DNA of 64,000 bases. Source: an uncultured Acidobacteriota bacterium (GTDB taxonomy: Bacteria > Acidobacteriota > Vicinamibacteria > Vicinamibacterales > SCN-69-37). Where the stretch lies: assembly GCA_963752045.1 (NCBI GenBank), contig CAVVWN010000005.1:46607-110606 (forward strand), written 5' to 3'. Made by a program: the position numbers and the translations under genes. The notes below the pieces were generated by a model, which was not told the DNA's origin, ran no database searches, and worked only from the letters and a program-made list of their open reading frames with translations. This document shows, piece after piece, positions 19,052-27,809 of the stretch; positions within the stretch are counted from its first letter, which is position 1; every line of letters begins with the position of its first letter.

Positions 19052-19660
19052 ATGCATCGGGCAGTTCCGTGCCTCGTCGCCGCCGCCGCGCTCTTCGTCG
19101 CGGCCGGTCCCGGCGCCCGCGCGGCCGGCCAGTCGGCAAGCGCCGGCCAGGCGCCGGCCGTCAACAAGGCCGACATCGACTTCATGTCGGGCATGATTCC
19201 GCATCACGCACAGGCCGTGCTGATTGCCGGATGGGCGCCGACCCACGGCGCAAGAAGTGACGTCCGGATCCTCTGCGAACGGATCGTCGTCGGCCAGAAG
19301 GACGAGATCGCGTTGATGCAGACCTGGCTCAGCGATCGCGGCCTGCCGGTGCCCGCGGCCGACGCCACCCATCACGTCATGAAGATGGGCGACATGGAGC
19401 ACAAGATGCTCATGCCGGGCATGCTGTCGGAGGCCGAGCTCGCCCAGCTCGACAAGGCGCGCGGGCCGGAGTTCGACCGGCTGTTCCTGACGTTCATGAT
19501 CAGGCACCACGAAGGCGCCATCAAGATGGTGGACGACCTGTTCGAGTCGTACGGCGGCGCGCAGGATGAAACCGTATTCAGGCTGGCGTCGGACATCTAC
19601 GCCGACCAGCAGACCGAGGTTGCCCGGATGCACGTGATGCTCTCCGGAGGGGGATTCTGA
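19052..19660 (+). CDS. Secreted DUF305-family (ferritin-like four-helix) protein
   Basis: A signal peptide is followed by a duplicated DUF305 signature: DIDFMSGMIPHHAQAV and FDRLFLTFMIRHHEGAIKM. Confidence 0.75.
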   Translation: MHRAVPCLVAAAALFVAAGPGARAAGQSASAGQAPAVNKADIDFMSGMIPHHAQAVLIAGWAPTHGARSDVRILCERIVVGQKDEIALMQTWLSDRGLPVPAADATHHVMKMGDMEHKMLMPGMLSEAELAQLDKARGPEFDRLFLTFMIRHHEGAIKMVDDLFESYGGAQDETVFRLASDIYADQQTEVARMHVMLSGGGF

Positions 19661-19662
19661 CC

Positions 19663-21804
19663 ATGACGTCTCGCATCGTCGGCCGGCACGCCGGCCTGTT
19701 CCTGTCACTGCCACTCGCCGCGGGCCTGCTCGTCGCCGCGTGCGCGCCGAAGTCGGCGACCCCTGAAGCCCCGGCGACACCTGAAGCCCCGGCGGCACCT
19801 GCGGCACCGGCGGCACCTGCCGCACCCGCCGCACCCGCCGCACCCGCCGCACCCGCCGCACCCGTCGCACCCGTCGCACCCGCCGCACCCGACGCACCCG
19901 CCGCTGCCCAGCCCGAGCAGGCCGGCGGCCGCGGGGGTCGTGGCACGCCGCCGCCCCCACCGCCACCCGTGCCGGCCGTGATGCCGGCGCCCGTGCAGCC
20001 GATCGTCTCCATGACGGCGCCCACGCCCGATCCGCGCGTCGGTCTCCGCGCCGGCTACTGGGACGCGGCACAGGCCGCCTGGAACCTCAGGCTCGTGTCG
20101 ACGACGCCGCCGGCCGAGGGGTTCATCGGCGTGACCAACTCGGACCTGGCCTTCAAGGACAACTACGTCATCCAGGGCAACTACAACGGGTTCCAGATCT
20201 TCGACGTGTCGAACCCGTCGAAGCCCGTGCTCGTGCGCGCCTACCTCTGCCCGGCCTCGCAGAGCGACGTCTCGGTCTACAGGAACCTGCTGTTCGTGTC
20301 GGGCGAAGGCCTGGGCGGGCGCACCGACTGCGGCACCCAGGGCGTGCCCGAGCCGGTGAGCGCCGAGCGCCTGCGCGGCATCCGTATCTTCGACATCTCC
20401 GACATTCGCAATCCGAAGTACGTGGCCAACGTGCAGACGTGCCGCGGCTCGCACACGCACACGGTCGTGAGCGATCCGCAGGACCCGGAGAGCGTCTACA
20501 TCTACGTGTCGGGATCGTCGCGCGTCCGTTCGCCCGAGGAACTGCCCGGATGCCTCGACGCGCCGCAGGACGATCCGAACACCGCGCTCTTCCGGATCGA
20601 AGTGATCAAGGTTCCGCTGGCCGCGCCCGAACAGGCGGCCATCGTCAACTCGCCCCGCATCTTCGAGAACCTGGCGCCGGCGCCGCGCAATCCCGAGCGC
20701 GACGCGGCGGGCCGGGCCGGCGGCGCTCGTGCCGGCGGCGCGGCCGCGGGCGCGGCGACGGGCGCGGCGGCGGCCGGAGCCGTTGCGGGTGGTGCGGCGG
20801 CCGGAGGGGCCGCCGGAGGTGCGGCAGCCGCCGGTGGCCGCGGTGGCGGTCGCGGGCGCGGCGGGCCGCCGACCGGCCCGAATCAGTGCCACGACATCAC
20901 CGTGTATCCAGAGGCCGGGCTGGCCGGCGGCGCGTGCGGCGGGTACGGCCTGCTGCTCGACATCCGCGAAGTGGCCTATCCGATTCGCATCGACGCGGCG
21001 GCCGACATGAACATGTCGTTCTGGCATTCGGCGACGTTCAGCAACGACGGCACGAAGGTGCTCTTCACCGACGAGTGGGGCGGCGGATCCGCGCCGCGCT
21101 GCCGTGAGACCGACAAGCCCGAGTGGGGCGCCAACGCGATCTTCACCATCGAAGACAACAAGCTCGTGTTCCACAGCTACTACAAGATCCCGGCGCCGCA
21201 GACCTCGGAGGAGAACTGCGTCGCGCACAACGGCTCGCTCATTCCCATTCCGGGGCGCGAAGTGATGGTGCAGGGCTGGTACCAGGGCGGCATCTCGGTG
21301 TTCGACTGGACGGACCCGAAGCGCCCGTTCGAGATCGCGTACTTCGACCGCGGGCCGCTCAACGGCGAGCGGCTGCAGAGTGCGGGTTCCTGGTCGGTGT
21401 ACTGGTACAACGGCCTGATCTACAGCTCCGAGATCGCGCGCGGCCTCGACATCTACGACCTCCTGCCGAGCGGCCTCGTGACGCAGAACGAGATCGACGC
21501 CGCCAAGACCGTGCGCTTCGACATCGTCAACGCGCAGGAGCAGCGGCGGTTCACGTGGCCGCCGAGCTTCGCCCTGGCGCGCGCCTACCTCGATCAACTG
21601 GAGCGGTCGAGTGGACTGGCGGCGGCTCGCATCGCGGCCGCGCGCACGGAGCTTTCGGCCGCCGAGCGGCTGACCGGTGAGCCGCGGCAGGCGGCACTCG
21701 CCCGGCTCGCCGACGCGCTCACGCGCGACGTGACCGGCGCGGGCGACCAGGAAAAGGCGCGCATGCTGGCCGAGGCCGTCCGCGATCTCTCGACCGCCCG
21801 CTGA
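19663..21804 (+). CDS. LVIVD-repeat beta-propeller lipoprotein with (PAA)n linker and Gly/Ala/Arg-rich insert
   Basis: The ATG lies 2 nt after the DUF305 stop. Lipobox LLVAACAPK. The (APA)n run is encoded by 9-bp repeats. LVIVD-like blades include NYVIQGNYNGFQIFDVSNPSKP, NLLFVSGEG, IRIFDISDIRNPKYV and GLIYSSEIARGLDIYDL. The low-complexity GGARAGGAAAG...GGRGGGRGRGG lies at about 20704-20872. Confidence 0.65.
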   Translation: MTSRIVGRHAGLFLSLPLAAGLLVAACAPKSATPEAPATPEAPAAPAAPAAPAAPAAPAAPAAPAAPVAPVAPAAPDAPAAAQPEQAGGRGGRGTPPPPPPPVPAVMPAPVQPIVSMTAPTPDPRVGLRAGYWDAAQAAWNLRLVSTTPPAEGFIGVTNSDLAFKDNYVIQGNYNGFQIFDVSNPSKPVLVRAYLCPASQSDVSVYRNLLFVSGEGLGGRTDCGTQGVPEPVSAERLRGIRIFDISDIRNPKYVANVQTCRGSHTHTVVSDPQDPESVYIYVSGSSRVRSPEELPGCLDAPQDDPNTALFRIEVIKVPLAAPEQAAIVNSPRIFENLAPAPRNPERDAAGRAGGARAGGAAAGAATGAAAAGAVAGGAAAGGAAGGAAAAGGRGGGRGRGGPPTGPNQCHDITVYPEAGLAGGACGGYGLLLDIREVAYPIRIDAAADMNMSFWHSATFSNDGTKVLFTDEWGGGSAPRCRETDKPEWGANAIFTIEDNKLVFHSYYKIPAPQTSEENCVAHNGSLIPIPGREVMVQGWYQGGISVFDWTDPKRPFEIAYFDRGPLNGERLQSAGSWSVYWYNGLIYSSEIARGLDIYDLLPSGLVTQNEIDAAKTVRFDIVNAQEQRRFTWPPSFALARAYLDQLERSSGLAAARIAAARTELSAAERLTGEPRQAALARLADALTRDVTGAGDQEKARMLAEAVRDLSTAR
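19794..19901 (+). repeat. In-frame tandem 9-bp repeat (CGCACCCGC and variants, about 12 units) encoding (A-P-A)n
   Basis: Read directly. Nine clean units lie at 19821-19901, preceded by degenerate CGGCACCTG units. The unit and polarity are the same as in the intergenic arrays at 16496-16566 and 17065-17126. Confidence 0.85.
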
Positions 21805-21828
21805 ACCTCTGCAGGGCGGACTGAAGTT

Positions 21829-21863
21829 CTGTAGGGCGGACTGAAGTTCAGTCCGCCCTACAG
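21829..21863. terminator. Perfect hairpin CTGTAGGGCGGACTGAA-G-TTCAGTCCGCCCTACAG after the LVIVD gene, preceded by a direct copy of the left arm (21811-21830)
   Basis: Read directly. The stop is TGA 21802-21804. The GTAGGGCGGACT core recurs at 23199-23210. Confidence 0.6.
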
Positions 21864-21986
21864 GTGTCACCCGCCCACATTCTCGTAATTGCCAGCCGGC
21901 CGTCATTCGGCGGCCGGCGACGGGCCATGCGCCGGCCGGCCCGGCCCGTGTGGCACGGCTGTTGGATGGCCTGTCGCTGGACTCCG

Positions 21987-23198
21987 ATGTCACGCCCCTG
22001 CCGCCTCGCCGTCATCGTGCTCGCGCTGGCTCTTGGCGCAGGCTGCTCGACGAGCGCGCCAACGGCGCCGTCGGCGCCGGCACCCGCGCAAAGCCAGACA
22101 CCGCTCAGCATCACGACCCATCCCCAGAGCCAGACCGTCGATTCGGGCAGCACGGCCACGCTGACCGTGGCGGCCGCGGGTACGGCGCCCATGACCTATC
22201 AGTGGTTCATCGGCGCGACCGGGACGACCACGCTGCCGATTTCCGGAGCGACGGCCGCGAGCTACACGACGCCGGCGCTCACGCAGACGACAAGCTACTG
22301 GGTGCGCGTGTCGGATCCAGGTGGTTCGACCGACTCGGCTACGGCGATCGTGACGGTGACACCGCCGCCAGACGCGCCGCCTCCCGGGCCGTCGCCTCCG
22401 CCCGAACCGCCACCTCCGCCACCACCGGATCCTCCGGCGCCGCCGCCTCCGTCTCCGCCCCCTCCACCGGCGCCGCCGCCCCCGTCACCGCCGCCGGCGA
22501 CCGCGCCGGCGATCACGCTGCAACCGGAAAGCCGGTCCGTGACCGCGGGACAGTCGGCGACGCTCAGTGTTGGCGCGAGCGGCACGGCGCCGCTCGCCTA
22601 TCAGTGGTTCGTCGGCGCGAGCGGCACCACGTCATCACCCATTGGCGGCGCCACGTCGGCGAGTTACACGACGCCGGCGCTCACCCAGACGACCAGTTAC
22701 TGGGTGCGCGTGTCGAACAGCGCGGGCACGGCCGATTCGGCCACCGCCACGATCACGGTAGCGGCCGACGAGTCCGGCGCCGCGCTCGAGGATGATGTGC
22801 TGGTGCTCGTCAATCAGTACCGGGCGGCCGGAGCAACGTGCGGCGGGACCTTCTACGGCCCCGTTCCCGCGCTCGTGATGAACGCCCAGCTGAGGTCCGC
22901 CGCGCGCGGCCACAGCCAGGACATGGCGGCGAACAACTACTTCTCTCACACCAGCCTCGACGGCCGCACGTTCGATCAGCGGATTCGCGACGCGGGCTAC
23001 AGCGGCGCCTTCCCCTGGGGCGAGAACATCGCCGCCGGCCAGGCCACGCCGCAGCAGGTCGTCGACGGCTGGATGGCGAGCCCGGGCCACTGCACCAACA
23101 TCATGTCTGCCGGGTATAAGGTGATAGGCGTGGGATACGGCTTCAGCACCGGCTCGACCTACCGGCACTACTGGACGCAGGACTTCGGCGGGTCGTAA
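21987..23198 (+). CDS. Lipoprotein: Ig-like domain - polyproline linker - Ig-like domain - CAP/SCP (PR-1-like) domain
   Basis: MSRPCRLAVIVLALALGAGCS carries the lipobox (M42 of ORF 21864..23198). The duplicated module is TYQWF.GA.GTT..PI.GAT.ASYTTPALTQTTSYWVRVS. The linker is about 50 aa of Pro-rich sequence. The CAP motifs are GHSQDMAANNYFSHTS, GENIAAGQ and WMASPGHCTNIM. Confidence 0.75.
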   Translation: MSRPCRLAVIVLALALGAGCSTSAPTAPSAPAPAQSQTPLSITTHPQSQTVDSGSTATLTVAAAGTAPMTYQWFIGATGTTTLPISGATAASYTTPALTQTTSYWVRVSDPGGSTDSATAIVTVTPPPDAPPPGPSPPPEPPPPPPPDPPAPPPPSPPPPPAPPPPSPPPATAPAITLQPESRSVTAGQSATLSVGASGTAPLAYQWFVGASGTTSSPIGGATSASYTTPALTQTTSYWVRVSNSAGTADSATATITVAADESGAALEDDVLVLVNQYRAAGATCGGTFYGPVPALVMNAQLRSAARGHSQDMAANNYFSHTSLDGRTFDQRIRDAGYSGAFPWGENIAAGQATPQQVVDGWMASPGHCTNIMSAGYKVIGVGYGFSTGSTYRHYWTQDFGGS

Positions 23199-23209
23199 GT
23201 AGGGCGGAC

Positions 23210-25927
23210 TTGACGCGACACCGAACACTTGCCATCGCTCTCGCCGCCGGCGGTCTCCTCGTGCTGCCGGTCCTGCCCGTCGCGCAGAGCCGACCGGCGC
23301 TCACCGAAGCCCTGCTGGCGCCGTTCGAATACCGGAACCTTGGCCCTTTCCGCATGGGCGCGCGCACGTCGGACGTCGCCGTGCCGACAACGCCCGAGCG
23401 CGAGCACCTCTACACCTTCTACGTGGGCTTCTGGACCGGCGGCCTGTGGAAGACGACCAATAACGGCACGACGTTCGAGCCGGTGTTCGACGGGCAGCGC
23501 AAGCTCGCGATAGGCGACGTCACGGTTGCGCCATCTGACGCGAACGTCGTCTGGGTCGGCACGGGCGACGCGTTCACGTCGCGCAGTTCGTACGCGGGCG
23601 ACGGTGTCTACAAGTCCACCGACGCCGGCGCCACCTGGCGGAACATGGGCCTGCGCGACTCGCACCACATCGCGCGCATCGCCATCCACCCGACCAACCC
23701 CGACATCGTCTACGTGGCCGTGATGGGGCATCTCTATTCGACCAACGAGGAGCGCGGAGTCTTCAAGACGACCGACGGCGGGCGCACGTGGGAGAAGTCG
23801 CTCTACATCAGCGAGAAGGTCGGCGCGATCGATCTGGTCATGGACCCGCAGAATCCAGCCGTGCTCTACGCGGCGGCGTACGACAAGGAGCGGCTGCCGT
23901 GGCAGATGGTCAACGGCGGGCCCGGGAGCGGCATCTACAAGACGACGGATGCCGGCGCGACGTGGACGAAGCTCGGCGGCGGCCTGCCCAGCGGGCGCAT
24001 TGGCCGCATCGGCCTCGACATCTTTCTCGGCAACACGAACGTCCTCTACGCCGTCGTCGAGAACCAGAACCCGCGACCGCCGGGTGCCGACCCGACCGTG
24101 ACGTGGGGCGGCGAAGTCTATCGCACCGACGACGCGGGGCTGACGTGGCGGAAGATGAACGCCGACGACTTCGACGTGAGCCCCAAGGGGCCGTACTACT
24201 TCAGCCAGATCCGCGTGAATCCCGGCAACGACCTCGAGATCTTCGTTACGCAGGACGGCTATAGGCGCTCGCTCGACGGCGGGCGCACCTGGGACGCACC
24301 GCGCGTCTTTCCGCGCATGTTCGGCGACTATCGCACGCTCTGGATCGACCCTGGCAATCCGAAGCGGATGATCGCCGGCAGCGACGCCAGCGTGGCCATC
24401 ACCTACGACGGCGGCGAGACGAGCGACCACATCGACCACATCCCGGTCGGCGAGATCTATGCCGTGGGCGTGGACATGGAGGATCCCTACAACATCTACG
24501 GCGGTCTGCAGGACCACGAGCACTGGAAGGGGCCGTCGAACGGGCCGCTCGGCCGCGTGACGCCATGGGACTGGCTGGCCGTCGGCGACAACGACGGCAT
24601 GTTCACCCAGGTGGACCCGACCGACAGCCGCTGGCTCTACACGACCAGGCAGTACGGCGGGCACGTGCGCGTCGACCAGCAGCTCGGGTACGAGACCAAC
24701 ATCCAGCCGCAGCGGCCGGCTGGCGCCCAGCCGTACCGGTTCATCTGGTGCACGCCGCTGCACATTTCACCGCACGACAGCCGCGTGATCTACGCCGGGG
24801 CCGAAGTGCTGCTGCGATCGACGGACCGGGGCGACACGTGGGCCGAGATCAGCCCGGACCTCAGCACGCACCCGGCCGATCGGATCATGCCGCAGTCGGA
24901 AGGCGGCGTGCCCGGCGGCATCCCGTGGTTCGCGATCTCGTCGATCGCCGAGTCGCCGCTCGCGCGTGGCGTCATCTGGGCCGGCACGAGCGACGGCAAC
25001 GTGCAGATGACGCAGGACGATGGCGCGACCTGGACGGACATGACGCCGAAACTCGCCGCCGTAGGCGGCCGGGCCGACGCCTACGTCAGCCGCGTCCGCG
25101 CGTCGTCGCACGTGGCCGGCCGGGCGTACGTGGCCAAGCACGGCTACAAGTTCGACGACTTCGCGCCGTACCTGTTCGTCACCGACGACTTCGGGGCCAC
25201 GTGGCGGTCGATTGTGGGCAATCTGCCGAACGAGCCGGTCAACGTCGTGCTCGAGGACCCGCGAAATCCTGACTTGCTCTACGTCGGCAACGACACGGGC
25301 GTCTTCGTGTCCATCACGCGTGGCACGTCGTGGGTGAAGATGAACAACAACATGCCGAACGTGCCCGTGCACGATCTGGTCGTGCACACGCGCGAGCACG
25401 ACCTGGTGGTGGGCTCGTACGGCCGGGGCTTCTGGGTGACGAACGTGGCCGCGCTCCAGGAGCTCACGCCGGCCGTGCTGGCCAGGGACGCGCATCTCTT
25501 CTCGATGAAGCCCGGCGTGCAGAGGGTGACGCACGTGTTCGGCGCCAACGACTACCTCTTCGCCCAGCGGCACCACCAGACGCCGAACGAGCCGAACGGC
25601 ATGCTGATCCGGTACTACCTGAAAGCGGCAGGCCGGTCGCCGGCCGCCGTGCGAATCACTGCCGCTGACGGCGCCGAGGTGGCGACCTTGCGCGGCGATG
25701 CCAATGCGGGCATCAACACCGTCGTGTGGAACATGCGACGTGGCGGCGGCCGTGGCGGGCGCGGCGGCGGCACCGGCCGGGGCGGGCCGACCGTGCTCGA
25801 GTCGCTGCTGCCGCTCGGCCTCTACACGGTCCACGTCACCATCGACGGCCGGACTCTCACCGGGGCTGCCCAAATCGTGAAGACGCAGGGCTGGTCGATT
25901 GGGCTGACGCCGGTCACGATCCGGTGA
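23210..25927 (+). CDS. Secreted BNR/Asp-box, sortilin(VPS10)-like repeat protein (often annotated glycosyl hydrolase)
   Basis: TTG start with a signal peptide. Repeated S.D.G.TW Asp-boxes are present (KSTDAGATWRN, KTTDGGRTWEK, KTTDAGATWTK, RTDDAGLTWRK, SLDGGRTWD, STDRGDTWAE, TQDDGATWTD). An RGG box RRGGGRGGRGGGTGRGG lies near the C-terminus. Confidence 0.75.
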   Translation: MTRHRTLAIALAAGGLLVLPVLPVAQSRPALTEALLAPFEYRNLGPFRMGARTSDVAVPTTPEREHLYTFYVGFWTGGLWKTTNNGTTFEPVFDGQRKLAIGDVTVAPSDANVVWVGTGDAFTSRSSYAGDGVYKSTDAGATWRNMGLRDSHHIARIAIHPTNPDIVYVAVMGHLYSTNEERGVFKTTDGGRTWEKSLYISEKVGAIDLVMDPQNPAVLYAAAYDKERLPWQMVNGGPGSGIYKTTDAGATWTKLGGGLPSGRIGRIGLDIFLGNTNVLYAVVENQNPRPPGADPTVTWGGEVYRTDDAGLTWRKMNADDFDVSPKGPYYFSQIRVNPGNDLEIFVTQDGYRRSLDGGRTWDAPRVFPRMFGDYRTLWIDPGNPKRMIAGSDASVAITYDGGETSDHIDHIPVGEIYAVGVDMEDPYNIYGGLQDHEHWKGPSNGPLGRVTPWDWLAVGDNDGMFTQVDPTDSRWLYTTRQYGGHVRVDQQLGYETNIQPQRPAGAQPYRFIWCTPLHISPHDSRVIYAGAEVLLRSTDRGDTWAEISPDLSTHPADRIMPQSEGGVPGGIPWFAISSIAESPLARGVIWAGTSDGNVQMTQDDGATWTDMTPKLAAVGGRADAYVSRVRASSHVAGRAYVAKHGYKFDDFAPYLFVTDDFGATWRSIVGNLPNEPVNVVLEDPRNPDLLYVGNDTGVFVSITRGTSWVKMNNNMPNVPVHDLVVHTREHDLVVGSYGRGFWVTNVAALQELTPAVLARDAHLFSMKPGVQRVTHVFGANDYLFAQRHHQTPNEPNGMLIRYYLKAAGRSPAAVRITAADGAEVATLRGDANAGINTVVWNMRRGGGRGGRGGGTGRGGPTVLESLLPLGLYTVHVTIDGRTLTGAAQIVKTQGWSIGLTPVTIR

Positions 25928-27769
25928 CTACCTCACACGCGACATCCGGACGATCGGCACCGGCGGCGTGAGGCGTTGCGCCTCGACCTTCTGCTGCTGA
26001 ATCGTCCGCACGACGTCGAGGCCGAACACGACCCTGCCGAACGCCGCGCCGCCCTGGCCATCGTCGAAGCGCAGGCCGCCGAAGTCGAGCGATGGCTGGT
26101 CGTCGAGCAGGATGAAGAAATCGGACGTCGCCGAGTCCGGCGCGCCTCGTGCCATCGAAACCGTGCCGGCGAGATGGCGCAGTCCGGTCACGCTCGTGCG
26201 CTCGAGTGGGACGGGCGGGAGGCTCTCGGCTCGTCGTGCCGGGTTGATGCCGCCCTGGATGATCTCCATCATCGGCCGGTTCGGCGGCGCGGGCGTGTAG
26301 TTGTCGGGCCGCGTCGCGCGATGGAATCGCCCGCCGTCGTACATGCCGGCATCGACGTACGTCAGGAAGTTCGCGGCGGTGAGGGGCGCCCGCTCGGCGC
26401 TGACCGCGATGTCGATCTCGCCGTGCGGCGTCTCCATGTGCACGAGCACCTCACCCGATCGCAGCGGGCGTCGCGGATGCGCCGACTGAACGTCCACGCG
26501 TCTGACGATCTCGCCGTCGCGCACGACGAGGCGCACGTCATGGAGCGCCTCGATATCCTCGTCGGGACGGCCGGCGACGATGATGAGGTCGGCGAGCTTG
26601 CCGGGTTCGAGCGTGCCAAGGTCGTGCTCGAGGCCGAGCGCGCGCGCGCCGTTCCGCGTGGCCATCACGACAAGTTCGGCGGGCGTGAAGCCGGCCGTGG
26701 CGAGCAGAGTCATCTCGGCGACGGGCATCTCGCTGCCACGCTGGTACGGATGGTCGGTGCCAATGGCGATGATGCCGCCCATCTGGTGGAACCGGCGAAG
26801 CGTTGGCGCCACAGTGGCGCCGCGCGCCGTGCCCCAGATGTTGGCGGTGGACGTGAAGATCATGCCGGCGTCGGCCGCTCGCCGAAGCAGCTCGTCGGGC
26901 ACCGGGTGAATGGGCGTGTGCGCCACGGCGTCGAGCCCGGCATCCAGTGCCGCTTCGAGCTCCCCGGGATTGCTCACGTGCGCGCGCACGCGCACGCCGC
27001 GCGCATGGGCCGCGTCGGCAATCGCCTTCAGCTCTTCGGGTGAGAGCGTCGGCCAGCCCGGCTCGCGATAGTCGGTCTGAAAACCGGTCTCGATGGCGAC
27101 CTTGATCAAATCGACACCGTCGAGCTCGATGAGCCGCGCGACTTTCAGCGCGGCGTCCTCCGGGCCGGTCACCTCCCACGCGATCATCGCGGCGTCGGCT
27201 TCGCGGCGCGTAGTCGGATATCCGCCCGGCACGGTGAGGATGGGACCCGCCAGGAACAGTCGCGGCGCGTGAGGCAACGCGGCAACGAGCGCGCGCGACG
27301 CGCGCGTCGTGTGTCGAATCGATCCGGTGTCCACCATCGTCGTCACCCCCGCCTCGACCCAGGGCGTGACGATGTCCTCGCCGCGCGCGAAGCGGTTCGT
27401 CAGGGTGGGGAAGAGATGGACGTGGCTGTCGATGACGCCCGGCATGACCGTGCCTCCTGCCGCGTCGATACGCACGGCCCCGAGCGGGATCTCAACCGAT
27501 CCGGCCGGACCAACGGCGGAAATGCGGTTGCCCTCGACGACCACGACGCCTCGTTCGAGCGCCGGTCCGCCGGCGCCGTCGAGAACGCGGCCGTTGACGA
27601 TGGCCAGGGCGCCACCGCGCGCGCCGGCCGATGGGGGAAGCCCCGGCGAGCCCTGCTGGCCGGATTCGGACCGACTCGCGCCGGGCCTGGCGTCATTCAG
27701 TGCGTGGATCGAAGGCAGGGCAAGCGGGAGCGCCGCCCCGAAAAGGAGAGCCGCCGCGGTGTTTCGCAT
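25928..27769 (-). CDS. Secreted amidohydrolase fused to a C-terminal cyclophilin-type peptidyl-prolyl isomerase domain
   Basis: Signal peptide first, then the amidohydrolase part: PGVIDSHVHLF, HVSNPGE, AVAHTP, IGTDHP. The cyclophilin part follows: GEIDIAVSAERAPLTAANFLTYV..GMYDGGRFHRA...IIQGG...GTVSMARG.PDSATSDFFILL. Confidence 0.7.
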   Translation of the reverse strand: MRNTAAALLFGAALPLALPSIHALNDARPGASRSESGQQGSPGLPPSAGARGGALAIVNGRVLDGAGGPALERGVVVVEGNRISAVGPAGSVEIPLGAVRIDAAGGTVMPGVIDSHVHLFPTLTNRFARGEDIVTPWVEAGVTTMVDTGSIRHTTRASRALVAALPHAPRLFLAGPILTVPGGYPTTRREADAAMIAWEVTGPEDAALKVARLIELDGVDLIKVAIETGFQTDYREPGWPTLSPEELKAIADAAHARGVRVRAHVSNPGELEAALDAGLDAVAHTPIHPVPDELLRRAADAGMIFTSTANIWGTARGATVAPTLRRFHQMGGIIAIGTDHPYQRGSEMPVAEMTLLATAGFTPAELVVMATRNGARALGLEHDLGTLEPGKLADLIIVAGRPDEDIEALHDVRLVVRDGEIVRRVDVQSAHPRRPLRSGEVLVHMETPHGEIDIAVSAERAPLTAANFLTYVDAGMYDGGRFHRATRPDNYTPAPPNRPMMEIIQGGINPARRAESLPPVPLERTSVTGLRHLAGTVSMARGAPDSATSDFFILLDDQPSLDFGGLRFDDGQGGAAFGRVVFGLDVVRTIQQQKVEAQRLTPPVPIVRMSRVR

Positions 27770-27809
27770 GCGGAGATGCTACCCGGTTTGGCAGGGAAGC
27801 GGGGCCCTG

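Noticed and set aside
17136-19139. Very long alternative-frame or antisense ORFs: 17136..19139 (667 aa), 19705..21993 (762 aa), 54171..56324 (717 aa), 23168..24763 (531 aa), 7695..8768, 42094..43596, 10427..12136 and 5268..6575.
   Set aside because: - They are Arg/Ala/Pro/Gly-rich with no recognisable motifs.
- They lie opposite to, or out of frame with, genes that have clear family signatures (guaA, LVIVD, kinase, BNR, YfcC and others).
- Such shadow ORFs are expected in very GC-rich DNA, where stop codons are rare.
22370-22500. The CCG/CCC-rich simple-sequence tract as a non-coding repeat or assembly artefact.
   Set aside because: - It is in-frame within an intact 1.2-kb lipoprotein ORF.
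- It encodes a polyproline linker between two clearly homologous Ig-like modules.
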